Below, piece by piece: positions 8,138-14,944 of a stretch of DNA of 20,000 nucleotides. How positions within the stretch are numbered: the first letter of the stretch is position 1; the number at the start of each line of letters is the position of its first letter. Where the stretch lies: the IMG/VR virus record IMGVR_UViG_3300040946_000488. One strand, 5' to 3'. Made by a program: the position numbers and the translations under genes. A model generated the notes under the pieces. That model saw nothing but the letters and a program-made list of their open reading frames with translations. It was not told the origin of the DNA and did no database searches. This DNA is from an uncultured virus (IMG/VR IMGVR_UViG_3300040946_000488) (taxonomy: Duplodnaviria > Heunggongvirae > Uroviricota > Caudoviricetes).

Positions 8138-8221
8138 TGATCGGCGAGGGAATCGAACCCTCACGTCCACAAGGGACACAGGTTCCTAAGACCTGCGCGA
8201 CTGCCATTCCGCCAGCCGATC
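8138..8221 (-). tRNA. trnL: tRNA-Leu(TAG)
   Basis: Loop CTTAGGA, long variable arm. Confidence 0.92.
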
Positions 8222-8226
8222 GTCGG

Positions 8227-8309
8227 TGCGAATGGGGAGACTTGAACTCCCACGGGGTTTCCCCCACTGGTCCCTCGAACCAGCGTGACTACCATTCCAC
8301 CACATTCGC
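8227..8309 (-). tRNA. trnL: tRNA-Leu(GAG)
   Basis: Loop TCGAGGG (C33), long variable arm. Confidence 0.9.
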
Positions 8310-8313
8310 ATTG

Positions 8314-8385
8314 AGCCGCCACGGGAACTCGAATCCCACTCTCCTGCTTACCAAGCAGGCACATCGCCATCAATGCTTTGGCGGC
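8314..8385 (-). tRNA. trnT: tRNA-Thr(GGT)
   Basis: Loop TTGGTAA, acceptor GCCGCCA/TGGCGGC. Confidence 0.9.
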
Positions 8386-8389
8386 ACGG

Positions 8390-8461
8390 AGTCCCCGGAG
8401 GGGATCGAACCCTCATCACCCGGTTTAGGAAACCGGGGCCAGTTCCAATCTGGACGAGGAC
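8390..8461 (-). tRNA. trnR: tRNA-Arg(CCT)
   Basis: Loop TTCCTAA; atypical D arm. Confidence 0.82.
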
Positions 8462-8470
8462 GTGAACTTG

Positions 8471-8542
8471 TGGGCCTGCCGAGATTCGGACTCGGAACCT
8501 TGCGATTATGAGCCACCCGCTCTACCGTTGAGCTACAGGCCC
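8471..8542 (-). tRNA. tRNA(CAT), Ile2-like body (could be Met)
   Basis: GGGCCTG acceptor, loop CTCATAA, weak anticodon stem. Confidence 0.8.
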
Positions 8543-8577
8543 GGACCAACCATCCATTACGCCACACCCAGAAACTG

Positions 8578-8650
8578 CGCCCACGACGAGAATCGAACTC
8601 GCCTCACTCGGTAGACAGCCGAGATGCTTCATCCAGAGGCACACGTGGGC
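8578..8650 (-). tRNA. trnD: tRNA-Asp(GTC)
   Basis: Loop CTGTCTA, G73. Confidence 0.88.
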
Positions 8651-8669
8651 AATGATCTGCCATCCCTTG

Positions 8670-8740
8670 TCGGAGCAGGGCGAATCGAACGCCCGCCTGA
8701 GCCACGTGAAGACTCGGTCCTCCCACTAGACGATGCTCCG
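8670..8740 (-). tRNA. trnV: tRNA-Val(CAC)
   Basis: Loop TTCACGT, A73. Confidence 0.88.
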
Positions 8741-8772
8741 TCTCTCCCGGCAGCACGAATTTCGATGTCAAG

Positions 8773-9139
8773 TGGACTCGGCGGGAATCGAACCCGCGTC
8801 CAGTATAGTGTTCAAAACGTCCAGCTACGAGCGTGTCTGGTTTCTTGGGGGCGAGAGACACCAGCATCTCCCACTGCTATGCCCTCCACCATCTCCTGTC
8901 CTTGGCCCTCAGCCGGAGAAGATCTGAGGGAGCGTCCCTGGATTAACGTCGCTGTCCGCTGCCGGGCGCTGGCGGGGCGACGCCTCTTGTCCCTGGCGGC
9001 AATCAAGCAGCCTGAGCGAGAGGAGCCTCGAACGCATTGTCGTTGGCTTTTGATTTTTGGCATGATTGATGAAGCGGCCTTCACACCTTCCGCTGCTCGC
9101 GTCCGTTCCTAGTCCTACCTGTCGATACCTTTCGAGCCC
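8773..9139 (-). ncRNA. ssrA: tmRNA; tag reading frame ANDNAFEAPLAQAA* at 9047-9003
   Basis: 5' GGGCTCG..TCGAC pairs with 3' CGAGTCC-A (G3:U70 alanine identity), GGAC-GCGGG-TTCGATT-CCCGC T arm, tag starting ANDN and ending AA. Confidence 0.95.
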
Positions 9140-9166
9140 AGGATGCCATGCTACCACGAAAATGAG

Positions 9167-9237
9167 TCGGAGCAGGAAGAATCGAACTTCCGTCTGAGGC
9201 TCGTAAAACCTCGGCCCTCCCACTGGACGATGCTCCG
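9167..9237 (-). tRNA. trnV: tRNA-Val(TAC)
   Basis: Loop TTTACGA. Confidence 0.9.
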
Positions 9238-9238
9238 G

Positions 9239-9310
9239 TGCGCGCGGCAAGACTCGAACTTGCGATCTCCGCCATGTCGAGGCGGCATCCTTCCACTGGA
9301 CGACGCGCGC
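9239..9310 (-). tRNA. trnV: tRNA-Val(GAC)
   Basis: Loop TCGACAT (C33). Confidence 0.9.
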
Positions 9311-9321
9311 TTGCGATCAAT

Positions 9322-9621
9322 TCATGCTCCCCTGGAAAACTCGTGCTCGCGACAGCTCCCGTCCGGCAGTACCCCCGTCCTCCGCGACCAATTCCGCCTG
9401 GCCCTGTCATAAGCCTCCTTGTCATCGTAGGAAATGGGACCTATCCAGGAAGGATGATCCTCCAGAGGCTTGGCCTTCGGATACGCAGGAACCGGATCAT
9501 TCTTGATGCAGTGAAGCTTGTCAGGTCCTTTCTTGGCCAAGAAACTGGTCTGCATCGTCATCGCCACGAATTTGCAATTCTGACACCTGCGGGAAAACCT
9601 GCAATACGTCTTCGGTCTCAT
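9322..9621 (-). CDS. 99-aa Cys-rich hypothetical protein inside the tRNA array
   Basis: GGAGGTG SD, CQNC...C...C..H putative metal ligands. Confidence 0.75.
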   Translation of the reverse strand: MRPKTYCRFSRRCQNCKFVAMTMQTSFLAKKGPDKLHCIKNDPVPAYPKAKPLEDHPSWIGPISYDDKEAYDRARRNWSRRTGVLPDGSCREHEFSRGA

Positions 9622-9636
9622 GTCTTTCACCTCCAG

Positions 9637-9709
9637 TCGGGATGGCCGGAGTCGAACCGGCAATCTCCTGTCCCCCAGACAGGCGGCTTACCAACAAGCC
9701 TTCACCCCG
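9637..9709 (-). tRNA. trnP: tRNA-Pro(GGG)
   Basis: Loop CTGGGGG, C1:G72 A73. Confidence 0.9.
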
Positions 9710-9817
9710 GTGGCCCCAGGAGATGACCCCTGGAGCCCATCCGCCATTAGCGGAGTCAGCTCACTTCAGCCAGTCCCTCCATGAGCACCCATCCCTGGAC
9801 GTCTCCAGCCTGGTGGA

Positions 9818-9892
9818 TGGTGCCAGCAGCGGGGAATGATCCCACTCCTTGCGCTTATGGGGCGCGAGTCCTGACCAACTCAGATTGCTGGC
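9818..9892 (-). tRNA. Atypical tRNA(CAT), possibly elongator Met
   Basis: Acceptor GCCAGCA/TGCTGGC-A-CCA, loop CCCATAA, non-canonical T loop ATCATTC and D/anticodon linker. Confidence 0.65.
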
Positions 9893-9896
9893 AGAG

Positions 9897-9969
9897 AGCC
9901 CGTGAGAGGATTTGAACCCCCATAGACCTGGTCCGTAGCCAGGCGCCTGATCCATTAGGCTACACGGGC
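9897..9969 (-). tRNA. trnR: tRNA-Arg(ACG)
   Basis: Loop CTACGGA. Confidence 0.92.
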
Positions 9970-9975
9970 GATTAG

Positions 9976-10047
9976 TAGCTCCGATGAGAATTGAACTCAC
10001 GTTCCCGAATTGAAAGTCCGGTGTCCTGTCCGTTGGACGACGGAGCC
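9976..10047 (-). tRNA. trnE: tRNA-Glu(TTC)
   Basis: Loop CTTTCAA. Confidence 0.92.
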
Positions 10048-10049
10048 GC

Positions 10050-10124
10050 TGGTGATCCCAGGGGGATTCGGACCCCGCATTCCTGCCGTGAGAGAGCAGT
10101 GTCCTGCCGTTAGACGATGGGACC
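10050..10124 (-). tRNA. trnE: tRNA-Glu(CTC)
   Basis: Loop CTCTCAC, encoded CCA. Confidence 0.9.
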
Positions 10125-10126
10125 AA

Positions 10127-10203
10127 TGGAGTCCTCGGCCGGAATCGAACCGGCATTGTGCCTGGATCGGAGCCAGGTGCCCTGTCCATTAGGCGACGAG
10201 GAC
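10127..10203 (-). tRNA. trnR: tRNA-Arg(CCG)
   Basis: Loop CTCCGAT, encoded CCA. Confidence 0.9.
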
Positions 10204-10205
10204 GG

Positions 10206-10278
10206 TGGAACCCCCGCCGGGACTCGAACCCGGGACGCCTGGTTTAGAGGACCTGGCTGCATTCCAATAGCCGGGGGC
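10206..10278 (-). tRNA. trnR: tRNA-Arg(TCT), degenerate D arm
   Basis: Loop CCTCTAA (C33), A.A mismatch in anticodon stem, canonical T arm, CCA. Confidence 0.7.
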
Positions 10279-10281
10279 AGA

Positions 10282-10357
10282 TGGCTCCGGGAGTAGGGAT
10301 CGAACCTACGACTTCTTGATTAACAGTCAAGCCGCATTACCACTCGCGTATCCCGGA
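10282..10357 (-). tRNA. trnN: tRNA-Asn(GTT)
   Basis: Loop CTGTTAA, T1:A72, G73, CCA. Confidence 0.93.
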
Positions 10358-10358
10358 A

Positions 10359-10433
10359 TGGAGCTGGTGAGAGGAGTCGGACCCCCAACCAACGCATTAC
10401 AAATGCGCTGCTCTGCCATTGAGCTACACCAGC
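10359..10433 (-). tRNA. trnT: tRNA-Thr(TGT)
   Basis: Loop TTTGTAA, CCA. Confidence 0.92.
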
Positions 10434-10434
10434 G

Positions 10435-10530
10435 TAGCGGGGACTGGATTTGAACCAGTGAAACCGAGATTATGAGCCTCGTGGGTTTCGATCCGGCTTC
10501 CACCGGACCTCCAGACTTCCCTACCCCGCA
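10435..10530 (-). tRNA. Initiator-like tRNA-Met(CAT) with extra hairpin in the D loop
   Basis: TGCGGGG/CCCCGCT-A with 1:72 mismatch, loop CTCATAA, T loop TTCAAAT; 96 nt. Confidence 0.8.
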
Positions 10531-10531
10531 G

Positions 10532-10603
10532 AGCCCATGCGCAGACTTGAACTGCGCTCGCCGGCTTACGAAACCGGAGCATCGCCGTCTATGCTTCATG
10601 GGC
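10532..10603 (-). tRNA. trnT: tRNA-Thr(CGT)
   Basis: Loop TTCGTAA. Confidence 0.9.
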
Positions 10604-10608
10604 GAATG

Positions 10609-10681
10609 AGCACCGTGCGAGAATCGGACTCGCGTGAAACCGGCTTGGAAGGCCGGCGCCCAGCCACTAGGCCAACGGTGC
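10609..10681 (-). tRNA. trnG: tRNA-Gly(TCC)
   Basis: Loop CTTCCAA, U73. Confidence 0.9.
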
Positions 10682-10684
10682 AGA

Positions 10685-10759
10685 TGGAGCGGAGGACGAG
10701 ATTCGGACTCGCGTCGTCTGCCTTGGCAAGGCAGTGCCTAACCACTCGGCCACCTCCGC
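10685..10759 (-). tRNA. trnG: tRNA-Gly(GCC)
   Basis: Loop TTGCCAA, U73, CCA. Confidence 0.92.
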
Positions 10760-10845
10760 ATCGGAGGCCCCGTTACCCGGGCCGGAGCTTTGATCCTCCA
10801 CGGAACCCACCGAGGTACTCCTTGTACTGGCCCGAGATCGCGATG

Positions 10846-10917
10846 AGCGAGGGACGGAACTCGGATCCGCATGATCTTCCTTGGGAAGGAAGCGCCTAAC
10901 CTCTCAGCCACCCTCGC
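10846..10917 (-). tRNA. trnG: tRNA-Gly(CCC)
   Basis: Loop TTCCCAA, U73. Confidence 0.9.
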
Positions 10918-11058
10918 AAACTGGCGATGCCGGAACGGATTGAGCGCGTAGATCGGTCGCGGTGACCCGCTGGCTCGCCAGATCCTGGCCGGTAGAGCCG
11001 GCGACGATGCTCGTGATCAAGGAGCATGATGTCTCGCCGGACGAGCGACTAGGTTTTG

Positions 11059-11129
11059 AGGCAGGAGCGGGAATCGAACCCGCGGTTGCAGTTTTGCAGA
11101 CTGCCAGCTTGCCACTTGCCGATCCTGCC
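11059..11129 (-). tRNA. trnC: tRNA-Cys(GCA)
   Basis: Loop CTGCAAA, U73. Confidence 0.92.
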
Positions 11130-11132
11130 ATT

Positions 11133-11411
11133 TCACGTCCACAGATCCGGATCCAACCTCCACCGGCCCCTCCCCTGCTTGGGGGAGCGATCCATCCCGA
11201 GGCCGCATGCCCCCCGCGCGACCTTGGGACGACCGGGAGTCTTCTTGCTGCAATGATGGCACCTCCATTCCCCATCCTTCCTCATGCCCAGATTCCTGGT
11301 GAGGAACCTGGAAGGCCACTTCCACCTCTCATGAGGACACACATCCCAGAACCTCCTCACCATCCACTTCACATAGTTCTCGTCTCGCCTTCGTCTCTCT
11401 CCGCGATCCAT
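11133..11411 (-). CDS. Small Arg/Trp-rich basic protein
   Basis: 92 aa, MDRGERRRRD start, CHHC motif, GGAAAGG SD-like sequence. Confidence 0.65.
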   Translation of the reverse strand: MDRGERRRRDENYVKWMVRRFWDVCPHERWKWPSRFLTRNLGMRKDGEWRCHHCSKKTPGRPKVARGACGLGMDRSPKQGRGRWRLDPDLWT

Positions 11412-11548
11412 GTTTGAGCCTTTCCCTGGCCCGCCCCTCTTCGGGGCTGACTAGGGAATGCCCTGCCCGTGCCTTCCTTCATGACGATTTCACCTCAATG
11501 TAAAGGGGCTTTAGATGATTGACCATGGATAGCAGTTTGGTCAATTCT

Positions 11549-12382
11549 TTACGGAGAGAGCGGAACTGCTAGGTTGAAGAACTCACTCTGCGTATTGGGT
11601 AGGATCAGCCGTCGGTCCTGCGGTACGCCCTTCCATCGCTCCTTCCTCTTGGGCTTGTAGAACACTAGGAAGTAGGAATGGCTCTTTCGAGCGTGTGCCT
11701 GTTGGAGTATCCGACTGACTCCGGGGCGCCCGTTGCGCATGACAACGAAGAGATCCTCTGCCACGAATCCGTAGGTCGCCAATTCGTTGATGATTTCTAC
11801 GTGTGTGAGGCGCTGGACGTTGGCGCAAACTTCATCCTGGCACTTGACGATGTAGATGCCACCCGCACGAAGCACCCGCCTAGCTTCCCGCGCTGCGGAG
11901 AAGTAGAGATCAAGAACCGCCTCGTGGTACTTGAGTTCCGACTGCGCTTGGTTGTTGCGATAGTAGTTCTCGAAGTTCTGATGTCTGTCGTGCGCTCCCT
12001 TCCCTGGCGTGTGCATGTACGGCGGATCGAATACAACGCAGTCGATGGAGCCGTCGTCGTACGGCAGCTTTCGGCAGTCGACCCCATGCATGAGATCCGA
12101 GGGAAGCAACCTGTACGCACCGGACGGGATCTTGCGCCAAAACACGCCTTTCCCGTACGTTACGTCTGCGACAGTGCTGCCTTTGGCGACGAACAGAACC
12201 ATCACCTGGGGGAACACGTCGTCGTTGTTGCCAACATACGAACTAAAGACGAGATCGTTGGTCGCGATGCCATCCGGTGCCTTCCGCTTCTTCTTCACCG
12301 GCGTCTCGCCTGTCGACGGGATGTCCGGAGATACCACGGGTTCGATGGAAATGAGATCGCGCAGCATCGTGGTCTGTTTCAT
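11549..12382 (-). CDS. Amino (N6-A/N4-C) DNA methyltransferase
   Basis: VADVTYGKG (SAM-binding motif variant) then CVVFDPPY and [10 protein letters not shown]; start 12382 or 12367 or upstream GTG 12433. Confidence 0.9.
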   Translation of the reverse strand: MKQTTMLRDLISIEPVVSPDIPSTGETPVKKKRKAPDGIATNDLVFSSYVGNNDDVFPQVMVLFVAKGSTVADVTYGKGVFWRKIPSGAYRLLPSDLMHGVDCRKLPYDDGSIDCVVFDPPYMHTPGKGAHDRHQNFENYYRNNQAQSELKYHEAVLDLYFSAAREARRVLRAGGIYIVKCQDEVCANVQRLTHVEIINELATYGFVAEDLFVVMRNGRPGVSRILQQAHARKSHSYFLVFYKPKRKERWKGVPQDRRLILPNTQSEFFNLAVPLSP

Positions 12383-12451
12383 GTCGCACCTGTCTTCTAC
12401 GACGATTCCTTCGCGGGATGCTGCCCCCTCCACAAACCATCCCTGACAGGA

Positions 12452-12480
12452 ATCGTCTTACCACCCGAACTGGATGTCAA
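12452..12480 (-). promoter_or_regulatory. Candidate promoter of methyltransferase
   Basis: TTGACA-17 nt-GACGAT with GTTCGGG spacer motif. Confidence 0.5.
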
Positions 12481-12632
12481 GAAACAATCCCCATGAATCG
12501 AGGACCGGGCCGCCAGGTCGAAGGGATCCGTTCTGCACGGCGCACCCTCGCGAATGTGCTCCCAGCCACCTGGCGTTGCCCGGCGCCCCTGATTTTATCT
12601 CCATGGAGCCGGCCCCATGGCCGGCCATCGCC

Positions 12633-12785
12633 CTACCTGACAGGAACGATCCGGTATGCCGGAGTCCTGTCCTTCGATCCGCACTGCATGTATTGAGCGA
12701 CCTTGTCCGCGGCCTCCTGCCGCGTGTGGAACGGACCGCCAATGCGAACCCAGCGACCGTCCACGTACATCATGATCTGGTACAT
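12633..12785 (-). CDS. 50-aa hypothetical protein MYQIMMYVDGRWVRIGGPFHTRQEAADKVAQY...
   Basis: AGGAGG SD 7 nt before ATG; GC3-rich; below ORF-track cut-off. Confidence 0.75.
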   Translation of the reverse strand: MYQIMMYVDGRWVRIGGPFHTRQEAADKVAQYMQCGSKDRTPAYRIVPVR

Positions 12786-12894
12786 CGGACACCTCCTGTT
12801 GACTGTGGAGGCGTCTCTACGGTGGATGTCCTTTCATGCCGACACTCCCTTCATCCTTGATTCGCAGATGTCACATCCGAGGCTGAAAGGCAAT

Positions 12895-12923
12895 ATCTTC
12901 CTGCTGCCCGAACCAGATGTCAA
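12895..12923 (-). promoter_or_regulatory. Candidate internal promoter
   Basis: TTGACA-17 nt-GAAGAT with GTTCGGG spacer motif. Confidence 0.5.
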
Positions 12924-12934
12924 GGACCATCTCC

Positions 12935-13025
12935 TGGAGGAGAGTGCAGGAGTCGAACCTGCTCGGGGCTCGCGCCACCGGCTCCGGTTTAGCAAACCGG
13001 CCTGTTGCCGTTCCAGCAACTCTCC
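12935..13025 (-). tRNA. trnS: tRNA-Ser(GCT)
   Basis: Loop TTGCTAA, long variable arm, CCA. Confidence 0.92.
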
Positions 13026-13036
13026 ATGCCAACCTG

Positions 13037-13126
13037 AGGAGCTGGAGCGGGTCGAACGCTCAAAGCCGATCTCTCGGACTTGCCCGCTTTCAAGGCGGGA
13101 GGGCTTGCCACATGCCCAACAGCTCC
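13037..13126 (-). tRNA. trnS: tRNA-Ser(TGA)
   Basis: Loop CTTGAAA, long variable arm; paralogue of Ser(CGA). Confidence 0.9.
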
Positions 13127-13136
13127 ATCACGACAG

Positions 13137-13224
13137 AGGAGAGAGGGAGGATCGAACTCCCGTGGCGCTCTTCGCGCCAACCTCAGCTTTCCAAGCTGGC
13201 ACCTTGCCACTCGGTCATCTCTCC
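13137..13224 (-). tRNA. trnS: tRNA-Ser(GGA)
   Basis: Loop TTGGAAA, long variable arm. Confidence 0.92.
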
Positions 13225-13225
13225 A

Positions 13226-13318
13226 TGGAGGAGCTGGGGCGGGTCGAACGCCCATAGCCGATCTCTCGGACTAACCCGCTTTCGAGGCGGGCGGGCTTGC
13301 CAGATGCCCAACAGCTCC
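13226..13318 (-). tRNA. trnS: tRNA-Ser(CGA)
   Basis: Loop CTCGAAA, long variable arm, CCA. Confidence 0.9.
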
Positions 13319-13323
13319 GGGGG

Positions 13324-13394
13324 CGGGCCGTGAAGGAATCGAACCTTCATATCCGGATTTGGAGTTCGGAGTCCTGCCACTGGACGAACGACCC
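13324..13394 (-). tRNA. trnW: tRNA-Trp(CCA)
   Basis: Loop CTCCAAA, G73. Confidence 0.9.
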
Positions 13395-13400
13395 ACGAAG

Positions 13401-13471
13401 TGGAGACAGAGGGAATCGGACCCTCATTACCAGACTGCCAGCCTGGCGTCCTACCGTTGGACGATGTCCCC
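13401..13471 (-). tRNA. trnA: tRNA-Ala(GGC)
   Basis: Loop CTGGCAG, G3:U70, A73. Confidence 0.92.
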
Positions 13472-14023
13472 ATCAGGTTTCACCCTGGATTGCCGACCTC
13501 TCCCATGATTGCGACCCCTGTATGTCAAAGTCAAAGCATCACAATTGGGACAAATCAGCCTGAGATTCTCCTTTGCCCCATTATAAGCATTGCCGTCTAT
13601 GTGATCCACGACCAGAGGAATTGGCTCCCCCAACCACTCAGTCAATCCGCAAACCTGGCAAACCCGACCCCTCTCCCGCAAAAGTTGATCCTTGTTGAAA
13701 GACGCAGTCCCATAATGAGGAGGATGAATAAGCTTCAATCCCTCCAGACGTTGAGCCTTATCCTTACAATCCCTGGTGCAGAATCGAAGCCCGCTCCTGG
13801 ATCTAGAAAGCTGGCTCGTCGACCTCTCAAAAATCCTGCCGCACTGAGCACATGTGAGAGACACCCGACGACGCCTGTTCTTGCCCCTGCACGCCACAGA
13901 GCAACACACATACGTCTCCCCCACATGCTTGGGCACCCAAAATTCCGAATGGCACACCACACACACCCTAGCGAACAGCCTCCTCATGTGACCGTCATAT
14001 CGATCAGACACGATGGACTTCAT
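13451..14023 (-). CDS. HNH homing-type endonuclease with two N-terminal zinc-binding repeats
   Basis: CVVC..F....CCS..C and CAQCG..F....FCT..C repeats; CQVCG...LVVDHIDGNAYNGAKENLRLICPNCD; start 14023 or 13987. Confidence 0.9.
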   Translation of the reverse strand: MKSIVSDRYDGHMRRLFARVCVVCHSEFWVPKHVGETYVCCSVACRGKNRRRRVSLTCAQCGRIFERSTSQLSRSRSGLRFCTRDCKDKAQRLEGLKLIHPPHYGTASFNKDQLLRERGRVCQVCGLTEWLGEPIPLVVDHIDGNAYNGAKENLRLICPNCDALTLTYRGRNHGRGRQSRVKPDGDIVQR

Positions 14024-14066
14024 GAGATGAAATATACCTCATCTGCGCAAAACATATCAACTCCCG

Positions 14067-14139
14067 TGGACCTGGCGTGACTCGAACACGCCGCCTCCTG
14101 CGTGCGGAACAGGCGCTCTCCCAGATGAGCTACAGGCCC
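14067..14139 (-). tRNA. trnA: tRNA-Ala(CGC)
   Basis: Loop TCCGCAC (C33), G3:U70. Confidence 0.88.
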
Positions 14140-14144
14140 ATGTG

Positions 14145-14218
14145 TCAGCATGGCGGGCTCCGCCCCCGCGGCCTCCTGGTCCCGAACCAGGTGCGCCACT
14201 AGGCTGCGCCACACGCTG
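14145..14218 (-). tRNA. trnP: tRNA-Pro(CGG), aberrant T loop
   Basis: Loop TTCGGGA; T loop GGCGGAG. Confidence 0.78.
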
Positions 14219-14230
14219 AAAAAACTCGGG

Positions 14231-14305
14231 GGTGTTCGACGAGACTTGAACTCGCTTGGTCATGCGGTCACAGCGCACGGGCTCGACTCTTCGCCCTCGA
14301 ACACC
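14231..14305 (-). tRNA. trnH: tRNA-His(GTG)
   Basis: Loop CTGTGAC, G-1:C73. Confidence 0.88.
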
Positions 14306-14306
14306 A

Positions 14307-14382
14307 TGGTGGGGATGGAGGGAATTGAACCCTCATCTGCCGCTTATCGAGCGGCTGCCCTTGGCCGTTGTGCTACATCCCC
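14307..14382 (-). tRNA. trnI: tRNA-Ile(GAT)
   Basis: Loop TCGATAA (C33), CCA. Confidence 0.9.
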
Positions 14383-14521
14383 TCATCTTCCCCCTTTCCA
14401 GCGCCGTAGGGGAAGGGGACCAGAAACATTCCGGCCCACGGCTCTCGGCGCCCATGCCCCTGGGCGCCTTCGACACCTCCCAGGCAGGGCATTGTCGGAA
14501 ACACACCCGCCCGGGTGCTGC

Positions 14522-14596
14522 TGGTCGGGATGGCGGGACTCGGACCCGCATCGCCTCGGCCCCAGACCGAGTGCCTAACCTTTAGGCTACATCCCG
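14522..14596 (-). tRNA. trnP: tRNA-Pro(TGG)
   Basis: Loop TCTGGGG (C33), T loop TCCGAGT, CCA. Confidence 0.88.
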
Positions 14597-14603
14597 CTGA
14601 TTG

Positions 14604-14675
14604 TCGAAGCGGCGGGAATCGAACCCGCGTCGTCTCGGTCCCGAACCGAGTGCCTGTCCTCTAGGCTACACCCCG
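14604..14675 (-). tRNA. trnP: tRNA-Pro(CGG)
   Basis: Loop TTCGGGA. Confidence 0.9.
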
Positions 14676-14679
14676 CGAG

Positions 14680-14750
14680 TTCCGGCTGAGAGGATCGAAC
14701 TCCCGTATCCCGGGCCAAAGCCGGGCGCCCTGCCATTGAGCGAAGCCGGA
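14680..14750 (-). tRNA. trnQ: tRNA-Gln(TTG)
   Basis: Loop CTTTGGC. Confidence 0.9.
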
Positions 14751-14751
14751 A

Positions 14752-14826
14752 TGGTTCCCGAGGCACGAGTCGAACGTGCAACCAACGACTTCAGAGGCCG
14801 CTGCGCTCCCATTGCGCCACTCGGGA
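14752..14826 (-). tRNA. trnQ: tRNA-Gln(CTG)
   Basis: Loop CTCTGAA, CCA. Confidence 0.9.
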
Positions 14827-14944
14827 TCGATAGATCTGATGCCCTGCCGGCCTCGCTACGGCAACAGGACAACTTGATGACTTTTTCGACGGGGTCTTGA
14901 GTACCCCACCAGGAGGATGATTGCCACCCCCGGCATCAGATCAG

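Noticed and set aside
7879..8309. CRISPR-like periodic repeat (TGACTGCCATTCC every ~86 nt)
   Set aside because: It is the shared D arm of five tandem tRNA-Leu paralogues; no cas genes
9755..9790. SAM-I riboswitch (TGGAGGGACTGGC core on minus strand)
   Set aside because: Lacks the CCC pairing partner, P1 ATC/GAT, GCAAC and GTGC elements; no downstream metabolic gene
12817..12837. Mini-ORF MKGHPP* with SD-like sequence upstream of the 50-aa gene
   Set aside because: Too short to distinguish from chance and no associated terminator seen
7967..13126. Stop-codon suppressor tRNAs / alternative genetic code (anticodons TAA, TAG, TGA)
   Set aside because: These are anticodons written 5'-3' reading TTA, CTA and TCA sense codons; no CTA, TCA or TTA anticodon was found and genes end normally at TAG/TGA/TAA
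13451..14023. Group I intron carrying the HNH gene inside a tRNA
   Set aside because: Both flanking tRNA-Ala genes are complete and there is no room for a ribozyme core
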